Shown: positions 1 through 13,549 of the stretch, in pieces
Position numbering within the stretch: position 1 is the stretch's first letter
Layout: each line of letters starts with the position of its first letter
From: Octopus vulgaris
Lineage: Eukaryota
NCBI GenBank assembly: GCA_951406725.2
Contig: OX597814.1
Location: forward strand, 6,262,001-6,326,000
Reading direction: 5' to 3'
DNA length: 64,000 nucleotides
The notes under the pieces: generated by a model
What the model was told of the DNA's origin: nothing
Databases searched by the model: none
The model's input: only the letters and a program-made list of their open reading frames with translations
Position numbers and translations under genes: made by a program

Positions 1-35
1 GCCATACACAGACAACTTCAGCTTTCTATATATAT

Positions 36-198
36 AGATTTACAATGGACGGATAGGTCTCCTCACCTTGTTTGTTGTTACCAAGTTTCGGTTGATGTAC
101 TCTCCAGTCTTCATCAGGTGTTCTGGTGGAATTTTGAACCCAACCCCTTATTTGACTAATGGGGTTCTCTGTTTTCATTCCTAAGGTCTTCTTTTTTT
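36..198 (-). mobile_element. 3' part of a hammerhead-bearing retroposon, related to the family at 48588-49080
   Basis: The minus strand reads ...ccttaggaatgaaaac...ggttcaaaattccaccagaacacCTGATGAagactggagagtacatcaaccGAAACttggtaacaacaaacaaggtgaggag...ccgtccattgtaaat. This is collinear with 48910-49039. Confidence 0.7.
78..122 (-). ncRNA. degenerate minimal type-I hammerhead ribozyme motif
   Basis: CUGAUGA (117-111) and GAAAC (89-85) are intact. Helix II is mismatched (GACUG/CAACC) and the cleavage-site/helix I region carries deletions. Confidence 0.5.
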
Positions 199-393
199 TT
201 ACTGATGTTATTTTTTCTGTAGATATTATTCTCCCACCCACCACCTAATGTCAAACTGTCAACCCATACCAGCATGGAAAATGGATGTTAAATGATGATG
301 ATGATGATGACCTGTTCAGGTACTGTTGTTGACTGGTTCACCTCATCAAACAAAATCTCCAAATGTTCCAGCTCTACAACAATCTAAGCCATG

Positions 394-639
394 TTAACAC
401 TTTTTTACGGTATTTCTGTTGAGATGCTCTGTGTTTCTTTCAATTACTTTAAATATAACAAAGAATTTAGTAAAATAACTTAGTTATCATTAAGCTAGTG
501 TTAGGAACATAAATTGTGACTAAGGTTTGGTGGAAGATTTTAATTGAGAACTTTTGAAAACAAGACTTCCATTTTCGCTTCAACTCCAGAGCTTCAGAGC
601 CAGAGGTGGTTTCAGCGGGGTTGGTATGGAAAGGGTTAA
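394..639 (-). mobile_element. TTAA-flanked piggyBac-type MITE, family A
   Basis: TTAA at both ends, ...AAAGGG-TTAA terminus, about 240 bp. Homologous to 22356-22585 and 54758-54984. Confidence 0.75.
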
Positions 640-1149
640 GAAATCTTCAGGAGATTTCTAAGCAGTGAATTCCTTTACAGTCACCACTGATACATTTGTA
701 ATGAAAATTTGATAAGTCCAACTTGGCTTCTGTTTTGTAGAAGTGTTATCATCAACAGGCAGCCACCAAAGCTGATAAGTTAAGCGACTTTTCTTTATCA
801 GTTAAAGTGTTTCCTTTCAGGTTGCAAAGAAGGAAATCAGAGTCAAGGAAGGTTACAGCTTCACTTATCTAAAACAAACTTCTCTTACAACTCAACACTG
901 TGATGGGAAGTGAGGTGGGTGCATGTGTCTGTGCGCGCGCATGAGTGAGTGTATACAAATATGTAACTGTTTTCTGAAACAGAATTGCATATCTAAAGTT
1001 TTGCTATATTATACACCCTGGTGTGTTTTCCTCTTTAATATATATAAAAAATTAAATATATTAAATAGGGGTGTTTATTAATAGCTGCCAGGAATGTATT
1101 ATCTATGCAAATGGATTTATGTGATGTAGTGAGTCCCTTAATAATAGGG

Positions 1150-1415
1150 GTGACAAAGTGTTAATGTACCGAGGGAGAAATTATGTCCGATGTCATGTGC
1201 AAAGGAGAAGACTGTGCTGGTTTGGTCAGGTGATGCATGCAGATGAGGACAATTGCATAAAGAAGTGAGGGTTACTTAAAATGGAACTTGTGGAAGAGGA
1301 AAACCTAGGAAGAGATGGGGTGAAGACAGAAGGCTGATCTCAAGATGCTAAGCCTCACAGAGGAGATGACAAAGAGCCAAGGCGAATGGTGATTTTCTGT
1401 GCTTGAGAAAACCTG
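1150..1415 (+). mobile_element. RTE-clade LINE 3' ORF remnant
   Basis: Decayed RRLxWFGxVM...GTCGRGxPRKxW signature, similar to 31217-31760 and 32230-32800. Confidence 0.6.
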
Positions 1416-1439
1416 TTCATAAAACCAAATACGAGGTCC

Positions 1440-2285
1440 TAAATCCTAAAAGCATTTTATCAACTCTTATCCAACCCCGTGTACAGCCCCTGCACCATAC
1501 CCCACAATTCAACCATTCCTCCTTGTGTTTCGTTCCTCCCTTCCTACTTCCATCTCTCATTCTGGTCTCCTCCCATTTCTTATCACCCCCTCCCCATTCA
1601 ACTATCATTCCCAGGGCCTCGCTTGTCTGCCACCATACCAATTCACTATATCTACCATTCACATACCTCTACATCTATCTCCCCCCACCTGTCTTGTGCC
1701 TTGATCATCATCATCTCCTACCTCCTACTGCCTGAACTATCATCCCTGAGCCACTCCTACCTCTCTCTCTCTCTTTTCCTATCCTCCCACCCTTGTCCCA
1801 ACTGATATTCCCCATCAAGCCACACCTCCATTCCTCTTCACCACACTCACCTCTACCCCCATCACTTACTGTCCCCTCCTTATCTCCTGCTCAACAACTC
1901 TTGTCTTTTGAGGGGCCTTGCTCTGGCAACCCCTACTTTCATCTTACCTTTTCTCCCAGATTCTCCATCCCATCCATATATAATGCAGGGTGGTCATGTA
2001 TCTTCTCCAAAGCAACATATTTCAGCTTGGCCCTGGCATAAAATCTCCACTCCACCTTCTCAAATATCCCCCCCCCACCACTTAGTTAAGAGGGCTTTCC
2101 CCTTTTGCTCCTTTTCTTGTCCTTTCTGGTTACTTGGCAACCCCACTAGTGCTGGTGTTAAGAAGGGCAGCCAGCTCTAGAAACCGTGCCAAAGCCGACA
2201 GGGAGCACAATGCCGCTGTGTGGCTCGTCCAACCCATGCCAGCATGGAAAATGGTTGTACGATGAGGATGATGATGATGATGGTG
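1440..2285 (+). repeat. pyrimidine-rich repeat ending in a (GAT)n SINE/RTE tail
   Basis: C/T-rich body, then aacccatgccagcatggaaa...(gat)n. The same architecture recurs at 20480-21870. Confidence 0.45.
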
Positions 2286-2383
2286 ATTTCACTTAGGCCT
2301 CCTGATACTAATGACCAGTTGTTAGAACTCAATATATTTATGGTGAAGAGTAAACCACAAGGTGAGTACAAGTGTCACATCAA

Positions 2384-2600
2384 TTAACCCTTTAGCATTC
2401 AAACTGGCTATATCTGTCACTTTTATTTTCGATACTGGCCAGATCCAGCCTCTCACACCTACTCTACAATGTCATAGGAAAAGTAAACAATACCGTTATT
2501 GAAATCTCAAAGCTATGAGATAATGCAGGATTAATTCAAGGCAATGTGAATGAATAAGGATTAGATTTGACAGAGCAATCCGAATGCTGTGAAGGGTTAA
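2384..2600 (+). mobile_element. TTAA-flanked piggyBac-type MITE, family B
   Basis: TTAA-CCCTTTAGCATTC ... GAATGCTGTGAAGGG-TTAA termini. Homologous to 56335-56562 and 57741-57968. Confidence 0.8.
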
Positions 2601-2639
2601 TGAATGACAAAAGAACAGAAGTCATGTAATCACTCATTT

Positions 2640-3017
2640 CATTTTGACTGTTTGAGTCAAGCACATCGACATCAAAATAAATATCAAATGGAAATTTTAA
2701 TTGTGATACCTGTGCTGGTGGCACGTAAAAAGCACCATCCGAACATGGCCAATGCCAGCGCCGCCTTGACTGGCTTCTGTGCCGGTGGCACGTAAAAAGC
2801 ACCAACCGCTGCCAGCCTCCCCTGGCACCTGTGCCGGTAGCACGTAAAAAGCACTCACTACACTCATGGAGTGGTTGGCGTTAGGAAGGGCATCCAGCTG
2901 TAGAAACACTGCCAGATCAGACTGGAGCCTGGTGTAGCCTCCTGGCTTCCCAGACCCCAGTCGAACCGTCCAACCCATGCTAGCATGGAAAACGGACGTT
3001 AAACGATGATGATGATG
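2640..3017 (+). mobile_element. RTE-tail SINE (3' half) with internal tandem units and (GAT)n tail
   Basis: Three gtgc(c/t)ggt(g/a)gcacgtaaaaagcac units, then gagtggttggcgttaggaagggcatccagctgtagaaac...ggacgttaaac(gat)n. There are many copies in the window. Confidence 0.8.
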
Positions 3018-3084
3018 TTTCTGCTGCAAGAAACACGGCACTCACAGGTTGCTCATGCAACACCTTATACTCTCTTCAGAGCCA

Positions 3085-3290
3085 CATCATCATCATTTAA
3101 TGTCCATTCTCCCTGCTGTTATGGGTTGGATGCTTTGATAGGTGGTGGCAAGCCTCAATTGCCTGTTTTGGCACGGCTTCTATGGCTGGATGCCCTTCCT
3201 AACACTGACCACTTTACTAGGGGCTGTTTAAGTGGCTCCAGCTTAGGTGCTTTATACGTGGCCCTAGCAATGATGCTTTTTACACATCAC
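3085..3290 (-). mobile_element. older copy of the same RTE-tail SINE
   Basis: (cat)n ttaatgtcc...ggctggatgcccttcctaac in reverse orientation. Confidence 0.6.
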
Positions 3291-4261
3291 ATACATGTGT
3301 GTGCGTGTATGTGCACAGTGTCTCCACATATGCTCAGTAGCTGACCACACAAAGCCCTAGAGCCATTCCAACTGATCCCACCTTTTTCCAAAATATTAAA
3401 TTCAGTTTAATGTACACACACACAAACAGACTGTCATTGGCTGAAATCTATAGATTTATTCTCCAGAATATTGGAACATGGAAATAGTTCTTATCTTTAT
3501 TGGGGTAGTTTTGGGGGTTGAAGCGAAAATGGAAGACTTCCCCCTTAATTCTAACAATAGTTTTGTTTGTTTTTATCAAAGTTTCTCTGCATTGATTTTT
3601 CTCCTCTTGAAGTTGTTGAGTAAAACATTAAAATACGAAATAAATAAATCAAAGAACAAAAGGAATTTCCATTGGAGATATTTTCTCTCCTAAAACTGCT
3701 AATGATACCAAGCGGTGGCATCGTTTGTATTTCACACATTTTCAACATATATTTAGCTGCAGCAAACATTTAGATTAGTGATGGCAGCAACAAAAAAGCA
3801 AGTTTAGCCAATAGCAAAAGAAACACTTCCTTCTTATTGATTCAATATTTTTACCAAAATCTAATCTCATAAAAAAAAACAAAAAAACAACCCTACATTA
3901 AAAAGAAGCCATTGTTTGTCAGAACATTCTCCAGATATTATTGTATATTGAATATTTTCAATATTAAGACTATTTGCTACCTGTATTGATAGCAAAGCAG
4001 TTGATGGGTGAAGGACTGGCCTGTTGTTTATGGAAAGGAAGCATCGAGTTCCCAATAAAAGCCGACGAAATTTGTTCAGTGAAGTTGTTTGACAAATCCA
4101 GTTCAGGTATTTCACAAAATATACATTCGAATAAAATAGAATCGGTTCGATTTTAAGATGTTATCACTTCTATTTTGATTTTATACACAACATAATACAA
4201 TATTACTTGGATGAATATGCTTGAGAGTGCATATAAATATACACACATACAGTACATATAT

Positions 4262-4300
<39 letters not shown>

Positions 4301-4400
4301 AAATAAAAAAATAATGATAATAATTTAAGTGAGGAAAGGAGAAGTGAAATTGACATTACAATTATTTCTGTAAACGGACGATTTTTAAAATTTCCTATCT

Positions 4401-4790
4401 CAGGAGAGGCTGTGTAGTAAGTAGCTTGCTAACCAACCACATGGCATCTTGGGCAAGTGTCTTCTGCTATGGCCCCGGGCCGACCAAAGCCTTGTGAGTG
4501 GATTTGGTAGACGGAAACTGAAAGAAGCCTGTCGTATATATGTATATATATATATATGTATGTATGTGTGTGGGTTTGTGAGTCTGTGTTTGTCCCCCTA
4601 GCATTGCTTGACAACCGATGCTGGTGTGTTTACGTCCCCGTCACTTAGCGGTTCGGCAAAAAGAGACCGATAGAATAAGTACTGGGCTTACAAAGAATAA
4701 GTCCCGGGGTCGATTTGCTTGACTAAAGGCGGTGCTCCAGCATGGCCGCAGTCAAATGACTGAAACAAGTAAAAGAGAGTAAAAAGAGTA
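4401..4790 (+). mobile_element. tRNA-derived SINE (~390 bp), B-box segment deleted
   Basis: A-box-like head ggctgtgtagtaag, central (TA/TG)n, and tail gctccagcatggccgcagtcaaatgactgaaacaag(taaaagag)n. Homologous to 20001, 23836, 28458 and 47380. Confidence 0.8.
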
Positions 4791-4974
4791 TACAATGTTA
4801 CGTAATACATTCCACACATAGAGAGGTATATCCTGCTACTCAAGTTCATTCACTTCGTCACACATCTTGATTTGGTTGATTGTGGTTTCAAAGCTTGCCA
4901 ACCACTCCGAGAGGTTAGTGGGTGCTTTTTACATGCCACTGATACAAGGGCCAGTTAGGCAATACTGGCATCGA

Positions 4975-7900
4975 CCATGCTTGAATGGTGCTTTTTATGT
5001 GCCACAAGCAAGGGAGCCAGCCAAGTGGCACTGGCATTGAACACACTCGAATGGCGCTTTTTACGTGCTACCAGCACAGGAGCCAGCCAAGTGGCACTGG
5101 CATTGAACACACTCGAATGGCGCTTTTACGTGCCACCAGCAGGGGAGCCAGCCAAGTGGCACTGGCATTGAACACACTCGAATGGCGCTTTTTACGTGCC
5201 ACCAGCACGGGAGCCAGCCAAGTGGCACTGGCATTGAACATACTCGAATGGTGCTTTTTACGTGCCACCAGCACAGGAGCCAGCCAAGTGGCACTGGCAT
5301 TGAACACACTCGAATGGTGCTTTTTACGTGCCACCAGCACAGGAGCCAGCCAAGTGGCACTGGCATTGAACACACTCGAATGGTGCTTTTTACGTGCCAC
5401 CAGCACAGGAGCCAGCCAAGTGGCACTGGCATTGAACACACTCGAATGGTGCTTTTTACGTGCCACCAGCACAGGAGCCAGCCAAGTGGCACTGGCATTG
5501 AACACACTCGAATGGTGCTTTTTACGTGCCACCAGCACAGGAGCCAGCCAAGTGGCACTGGCATTGAACTCACTCGAATGGTAGCACAGGAGCCAGCCAA
5601 GTGGCACTGGCATTGAACACACTCGAATGGTGCTTTTTACGTGCCACCAGCACGGGAGCCAGCCAAGTGGCACTGGCATTGAACATACTCAAATGGTGCT
5701 TTTTACGTCCCACCAGCACAGGAGCCAGCCAAGTGGGACTGGCATTGAACACACTCAAATGGTGCTTTTTACGTGCCACCAGCATGGGAGCCAGCCAAGT
5801 GGCACTGGCATTGAACATACTCGAGTGGGGCTTTTTACGTCCCACCAGCACAGGAGCCAGCCAAGTGGCACTGGCATTGAACATACTCAAATGGTGCTTT
5901 TTACGTGCCACCAGCACAGGAGCCAGCCAAGTGGCACTGGCATTGAACACACTCAAATGGCGCTTTTTACGTGCCACCAGCACAGGAGCCAGCCAAGTGG
6001 CACTGGCATTGAACTCACTCGAATGGTGCTTTTTACGTGCCACCAGCACAGGAGCCAGCCAAGTGGCACTGGCATTGAACACACTCGAATGGCGCTTTTT
6101 ACGTGCCACCAGCAGGGGAGCCAGCCAAGTGGCACTGGCATTGAACACACTCGAATGGCGCTTTTTACGTGCCACCAGCACGGGAGCCAGCCAAGTGGCA
6201 CTGGCATTGAACATACTCGAATGGTGCTTTTTACGTGCCACCAGCACAGGAGCCAGCCAAGTGGCACTGGCATTGAACACACTCGAATGGTGCTTTTTAC
6301 GTGCCACCAGCACAGGAGCCAGCCAAGTGGCACTGGCATTGAACACACTCGAATGGTGCTTTTTACGTGCCACCAGCACAGGAGCCAGCCAAGTGGCACT
6401 GGCATTGAACACACTCGAATGGTGCTTTTTACGTGCCACCAGCACAGGAGCCAGCCAAGTGGCACTGGCATTGAACACACTCGAATGGTGCTTTTTACGT
6501 GCCACCAGCACAGGAGCCAGCCAAGTGGCACTGGCATTGAACTCACTCGAATGGTGCTTTTTACGTGCCACCAGCACAGGAGCCAGCCAAGTGGCACTGG
6601 CATTGAACACACTCGAATGGTGCTTTTTACGTGCCACCAGCACAGGAGCCAGCCAAGTGGCACTGGCATTGAACACACTCGAATGGTGCTTTTTACGTGC
6701 CACCAGCACAGGAGCCAGCCAAGTGGCACTGGCATTGAACATACTCGAATGGTGCTTTTTTACGTGCCACCAGCACAGGAGCCAGCCAAGTGGCACTGGC
6801 ATTGAACACACTCGAGTGGGGCTTTTTACGTCCCACCAGCACAGGAGCCAGCCAAGTGGCACTGGCATTGAACATACTCGAATGGTGCTTTTTACGTGCC
6901 ACCAGCACAGGAGCCAGCCAAGTGGCACTGGCATTGAACACACTCGAATGGCGCTTTTTACGTGCCACCAGCACAGGAGCCAGCCAAGTGGCACTGGCAT
7001 TGAACACACTCGAATGGCGCTTTTTACGTGCCACCAGCAGTGGAGCCAGCCAAGTGTCACTGGCATTGAACATACTCGAATGGCGCTTTTTACGTGCCAC
7101 CAGCACAGGAGCCAGCCAAGTGGCACTGGCATTGAACACACTCAAATGGCGCTTTTTACGTGCCACCAGCAGGGGAGCCAGCCAAGTGACACTGGCATTG
7201 AACATACTCGAATGGCGCTTTTTACGTTCCACCAGCACAGGAGCCAGCCAAGTGGCACTGGCATTGAACACACTCGAATGGTGCTTTTTACGTGCCACCA
7301 GCACAGGAGCCAGCCAAGTGGCACTGGCATTGAACTCACTCGAATGGTGCTTTTTACGTGCCACCAGCACAGGAGCCAGCCAAGTGGCACTGGCATTGAA
7401 CACACTCGAATGGTGCTTTTTACGTGCCACCAGCACAGGAGCCAGCCAAGTGGCACTGGCATTGAACACACTCGAATGGTGCTTTTTACGTGCCACCAGC
7501 ACAGGAGCCAGCCAAGTGGCACTGGCATTGAACACACTCGAATGGCGCTTTTACGTGCCACCAGCACAGGAGCCAGCCAAGTGGCACTGGCATTGAACAC
7601 ACTCAAATGGCGCTTTTTACGTGCCACCAGCAGGGGAGCCAGCCAAGTGACACTGGCATTGAACATACTCGAATGGCGCTTTTTACGTGCCACCAGCACA
7701 GGAGCCAGCCAAGTGGCACTGGCATTGAACACACTCGAATGGTGCTTTTTACGTGCCACCAGCACAGGAGCCAGCCAAGTGGCACTGGCATTGAACTCAC
7801 TCGAATGGTGCTTTTTACGTGCCACCAGCACAGGAGCCAGCCAAGTGGCACTGGCATTGAACACACTCGAATGGTGCTTTTTACGTGCCACCAGCACAGG

Positions 7901-8497
7901 AGCCAGCCAAGTGGCACTGGCATTGAACACACTCGAATGGTGCTTTTTACGTGCCACCAGCACAGGAGCCAGCCAAGTGGCACTGGCATTGAACACACTC
8001 GAATGGTGCTTTTTACGTGCCACCAGCACGGGAGCCAGCCAAGTGGCACTGGCATTGAACACACTCGAATGGCGCTTTTTACGTGCCACCAGCACAGGAG
8101 CCAGCCAAGTGGCACTGGCATTGAACACACTCGAATGGCGCTTTTACGTGCCACCAGCACGGGAGCCAGCCAAGTGGCACTGGCATTGAACACACTCGAA
8201 TGGTGCTTTTTACGTGCCACCAGCACAGGAGCCAGCCAAGTGGCACTGGCATTGAACACACTCGAATGGCGCTTTTACGTGCCACCAGCACAGGAGCCAG
8301 CCAAGTGGCACTGGCATTGAACACACTCAAATGGCGCTTTTTACGTGCCACCAGCACGGGAGCCAGCCAAGTGGCACTGGCATTGAACACACTCAAATGG
8401 CGCTTTTTACGTGCCACCAGCACGGGAGCCAGCCAAGTGGCACTGGCATTGAACACACTCGAATGGTGCTTTTTACGTGCCACCAGCACAGGAGCCA
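4975..8497. repeat. 66-bp minisatellite, about 53 units, expanded from the internal repeat unit of the RTE-tail SINE
   Basis: Unit tggtgctttttacgtgccaccagcacaggagccagccaagtggcactggcattgaacacactcgaa, giving 22-aa periodicity in the ORFs. It is preceded (about 4890-4975) by reverse-oriented SINE sequence. Confidence 0.95.
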
Positions 8498-9649
8498 ATC
8501 AGGCAGAACAGTGGATGACTTGGTATATTTTTCATTTCACTCAATGAAATCTTGAGTCATTTATACTGCAATGAGATTTAGCCTGGATACCTCCAAGTTA
8601 TGGGGACCAATCTATCAGGGCTGACTTGGGGTCTAACACCACCACCACCACCATCTCCACTACTATCTACTACAACTACAACAAGAACAACAATCACCTC
8701 CATTTAAAAATACAGCTGTTAAACAATGAGAAAATATAAAGCATAAAATTTAAGTGAAACCAAATTAATTCATATTTGTGAGATTAAAAACATCTTTTAG
8801 TTTTCTCCCAGTTCTAAAATTTGATAAAAGACAGCAGCAATTTGAAATAAATCTTATTAAAAAAAAAAAATTAAAAGCCTACTGGAAGAGGGCAGAAGTG
8901 AAAACGGTTAATCTTTGAAAATGATATAATTACAAGATGTGACATGAAGTGTGTTGAATCTATTTTAAAACTTTAGAGGATGGCATGTCAGTTGATTGTG
9001 GTGGGATAGCAGGACTGACTATGGGGGGGGGGGGGAAGAGATTACAGTAATAACATTGGGATGGGTGGGGAGAGAGAGAGAGAAAGAGAGAGAGAGAGTG
9101 TGTGTATGTGTTAATTGGTCTTTACCAATATTCACTTCTTCCCGAAAAACAGATATAAAAATAGAGAATGGATACTAAATGTCTGCTTCTGCAATATGCC
9201 AAGAAAGACCCTCTACCCTATTCATCTCCAACCATGACTATCACTATTCAAATAGCAACTTTAATCAACAAATCATGGCACACAATGAATTCACTAAGAA
9301 GAAAAAAAAAAAGTTTTTTCTCCCCATGAAATAAAATTTCATGGCTTTAAGAAAAAGAAAAAAAGTTCCATTTTCTTTGATAGAATTTGAGAAGAGGAGA
9401 AGGGAACATGGGGTGGGGCTGATAACTGAAGATAAAATTTTTGATTTTCTAAAATTTATCTTCTAACTCTAAAATCCTGAACAAATGTAAAATTTGATGA
9501 TAATTAGGAAAACAAATAATGATTTTGACATGGATAATAAATGGCCATCCCTTTGAAAGAGGGGGGAATGGAAACTTAAACTGGCCTCAGTACAAGCCTA
9601 CAAATTGTAAAAGTTATTTCTATCAATACTGGAAGGTAAAGGTCCCCTT

Positions 9650-9755
9650 AATAAGAATGATAACCAAAGCAATAATTATCCCCGTGGCATTTGGTGCAGT
9701 TGGCACAACAGTCAAACCCTAATCCTTAAAACTTGAAGGGAGCTGGAACTGAGTC
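9650..9755 (+). mobile_element. R4/Dong-like LINE endonuclease C-terminal fragment
   Basis: IIIPVAFGAVGT matches the IIPVVIGxLG motif seen in the other RLE fragments. Confidence 0.4.
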
Positions 9756-9764
9756 TCCCATTAT

Positions 9765-10152
9765 TTGAAATTTTGGTACAAGGCCTGCCATTTTTTAGGA
9801 GGAGGAGGGCTTAAGTTGATTACATCAAACCCAGTGATGAACTGGGGCTTATTTTAATGACCCTGAAAGAATGAAAGGGAAAATTGACCTTGGCAGAATG
9901 TGGCAGAATGTGAACTGAGAATGTAAAAACGGAAAAAATGTCCAGAAGCATTTTGTCCTTTCTTCTGTAGACACAAGGTCTGCAATTAGTGGGAAGGGGG
10001 GAAAGTGCTTGACTGGGGCTTATTTTATCGCCCCCCAAAAGGATGAAAGGCAAAACTAGCTTTTGTGGAATTTGAACTCAGAACAAAAGGTGGAAGAAAT
10101 GTTGCTAAGCAATTCACCTGACATGCTTTCGATTTTGCCAACATGCTGCCTT
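9765..10152 (-). mobile_element. decayed dimeric tRNA-derived SINE (same family as 40242-40640)
   Basis: Two ...gatgaaaggcaaa...gaatttgaactcagaa blocks in reverse orientation. Confidence 0.6.
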
Positions 10153-11279
10153 AGTGATGATGATGATGATGATGATGCAGGAAGTCAGCTGCACGCACAC
10201 CCAGTGTATGACAGGTACCTATCAAGTCCAGAGTGTAGCAAGCCTGTTTAGTGGAAGGAGACATTACATTCATCCAATAATTAGTTATTGTTGTTCTTAA
10301 TGCAAACTGAAATTGTTGTTGTTGAACTGAAGGTGAGTGTGTTCATGGAAAGCCATTCCAGCTACGACCATTCCAACAACTGGCTGTTGTTTGGGCATAA
10401 TGTCCTTATGACTTTATTAGCAGTGTACTAAGCAGTGTCGATAGAATAGTGGAGGTGTGAACAATTATATTTAAGCCATTCATTTGCACTTAGATATGGA
10501 GAGACCTGAAACACACTGCACTGGGTTATGAATGATGTCGTTAGAGAATGGGACGGACACCAGTTTCTTCAGTATTGGAAACCAAACCCATTGTGAATTA
10601 CTGTTTAAATATAGAAAAAAAAAATAGGTGTGCTTTGAGGGAGATGAGGCTGCTACTTTTAGCTAGCCAAGTGACTGTACAGAAATTCCCCCAGAAATCA
10701 TACAGAATAGACCAAATTTTGGTCGATCAATTCAACTAGTTCCATCTGCAGCAGGATGAGTAGTGCTATGGCAGCAGATTAAGTCAGTCTATTCCTTAGA
10801 TTATTGCCAAGAAATCTAAGAGGAAGACCATTAGCTGACAAGCAATGAGAAGCCAATCACCCAAAGAAGGGCATGTCCCTTCAAATGCAATGGACTCAGT
10901 GAAATTTCATTAAAAGTACAATAGCTCTTGCATCCAACTTTAGTTGGTGATTCACAGACACAGTTGGATAAAGTCTTCAATAATTCAAATTCAGGACTGA
11001 AGCAACTTGTTTCACTTCTCTCATCTCATTCCTCAATATTCTTACATTCAGTCATGTAATCCTAGATGTACTGTTCCCTCCCCCCACCAAAATAGATGTG
11101 ATTAGTGTGACAGGAAGATCTTTGATGAAAAATCTAGAGGAAAGGAGAAGGAAGAGGAGGACTGGCCTGAGGCTATACAACGATAGATAAGCTAAGGGAC
11201 ACATACACTCTGTGCTGTGTATAAGGGACATCATAAAGAAAATGTATGTGTGTGTAATATATACATATATATATATATC

Positions 11280-11530
11280 ATGTGATTGACCAGACAATCA
11301 GATGTTGTTACACATCACTGGTCACAATGCACTTTGCATCGTTTTAGCCTTTGAATTACACCATCCTGCTGGCTAGGTGAGCAGGCCAACATCCTCCCCT
11401 GATTAAAAGGGAGACTGGTGCAACATGAAGTGTTTTGATCCAGAACACAGTGCATCACACACCAGGGAATCGAACCCACGATCTAGACATCATAGTGCAA
11501 CTGCCTAACCACTAGGCCATGCGCCTTCAC
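11280..11530 (-). mobile_element. tRNA-derived SINE with clear Pol III A and B boxes
   Basis: The minus strand begins gtgaaggcgcaTGGCCTAGTGGttag...gtgGGTTCGATTCCctgg. Confidence 0.75.
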
Positions 11531-12772
11531 GTATACATACAAACACACACACACACACACACAATGTGTGCTTGCATCTACAAGCAGAGCTTATTGATCT
11601 GTATTATACACACCAAGATGATGATATAAAAAAAAAAACAGTATCAGAGTCATGACAAGCCTATAAATTCTGCTCAGAGAAATTTTTTGCAACCTCATAA
11701 TTTAGCATCTGTGAACTGGCAGCACTGTTCTAAATAGACTGACATTGATAAATGGATGTGGCAAGGTTTGGGGAAAGGAATAACAGAGAAGCTTAGGTAA
11801 AAAGAGAGATACAGGTTTATGAGATTTATTTGGCAACTAAATACACTTTTCTTTATAAAAATTCCTGTTTCTTTCTGTGAATCCGGCGAGTTAAACACCA
11901 GCTAAGAACTAAAATTCTGGCATTTGTTAGGAAAAAGCAATTCTCTCAAGACAAACACTTAACGAGCGGAGAAGGTGAAAGTGTTTTAGTGTAGATGAAC
12001 GCATTGCTACCGATGGTTAATTAAACATGACAGGAGAACGAGCAGAAGGGCGAGACATGCAATGCCGATACGGTTCACTTAACTCCAGATCTGATCAACA
12101 TTTCACATGGTGATATCACAGACTATTTGCAGCTTGCAGGCATCAACGAACACAACAAAATATCTGAAAGATTACTGTGAAGATTATGACCAACAGCCCA
12201 ACTGACCAAACGCTTGGTATGTGTGTGCATTGCTAAACAGAGAGTAAAAGAGCAAAGAAGTGATTAGATGCCTGGTGACAGTTTAATGGTGAAGTAGTGA
12301 ATGGTTCTCAGCAGAGGCAGCAGAGAAGAAAGACTAAGTCTACCATGGTTAAGACACACTGACAACATAATAACCCCATCAACCACTTTTAGTCTCTCGC
12401 TAATGAACAAAGGGAACTTATTTTGGCCACACCAAAATAACACCCTTCTCTTAACACCTATTGATCTTGGAGATTATAGAATGGTCTCAAGGAATTGTTT
12501 CAGTTCTTGAAACATTATCAATAATCTCGACTTTATTAGCGAGGCAGACGGTGGGAAGGTGTGTGGAGGGAAATTAGTAAAAGCTTTTTAATGAAAGACT
12601 AAAAATATTTTTGTGTAAGACAGGAAAAAAGGACATTTAAGAGACATGCATGTTGATCGTTTAATTAGGATTTTACCATGTAGGGGGAGGAGGAGTATAT
12701 ACAGTTAGAGAGGGAAGTATATTACACACACAACAACAGCAACAGCAACAACAACAACAGCAACAACGATAA

Positions 12773-13336
12773 ATGCCCTGATGCAGTACCAAGCAGTGGC
12801 TCTCGTGGCTTCTGGTCTTAACTGATTGGAAGTGTTATCATGTACATTGTTTTGTCTTGGTATAAAAGATGGACTACAGCAAATATTCTGCTCAATACCA
12901 CGGATTTGCTTGTCAGTTGTTTGACCTTAACCAGTTGAGCATGTCCCTTAGTGGCTGATGATATGTGCATCTCTGATCATGAGCAGAAGTAGTGGGGGAG
13001 CATCATAGCCATGTATTGAGAAGAATTCCTTGGGGATTGAATAATTCACCTCTGGAAACATGGGTGTTTCGTTCAACATCCTTAAACAACCCTTACTCAG
13101 GGACCTTTTGAACGGGATGGACTAGCTGACCTGAAAAAAATTCTAACTGAGCCCCACCTGCGATGTCATGTGCTGTTTATCTTGATATGAGATCACCATG
13201 TCGCACACATATGGTTGTGATGCATGTGCCTGGTGTACCCTTATCAGACGGGTAGTCACGATGGGTTAGGGTTATACTGGGCTTCATATATTTTACCCCA
13301 GCATCACTTTGATAGCATGCACTGCTCTCTCACTCA
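12773..13336 (+). mobile_element. ~560-bp non-coding retroposon embedded in (AAC/AAT)n
   Basis: A near-identical second copy lies at 14047-14503. It is preceded by (caa)n and ends in ctgctctctcactca. Confidence 0.7.
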
Positions 13337-13549
13337 GAACAAATATGTATGAATGACACTGTAAAAGGTATATCTGGGCCCTCAACATTACAACCCACAT
13401 CCTACACAAGACACTATCAACTTAATAATACAACTGAAATAAAACAATCCACAAATACAAGACATACTCTTTGCAGTAAATATTTGCTAAAGATTTTGCT
13501 TGGAATGGTAACAATTCTGCCAGCTTTATATAATGATGATGATGATGAC

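Noticed and set aside
4975-8497. CRISPR-like array
   Set aside because: The units are head-to-tail with no unique spacers, there are no cas genes, and the context is eukaryotic.
4985-8555. Long ORFs (up to 862 aa) with 22-aa repeats
   Set aside because: They are a by-product of a stop-free 66-bp unit, are open on both strands, and switch frame at single-base indels.
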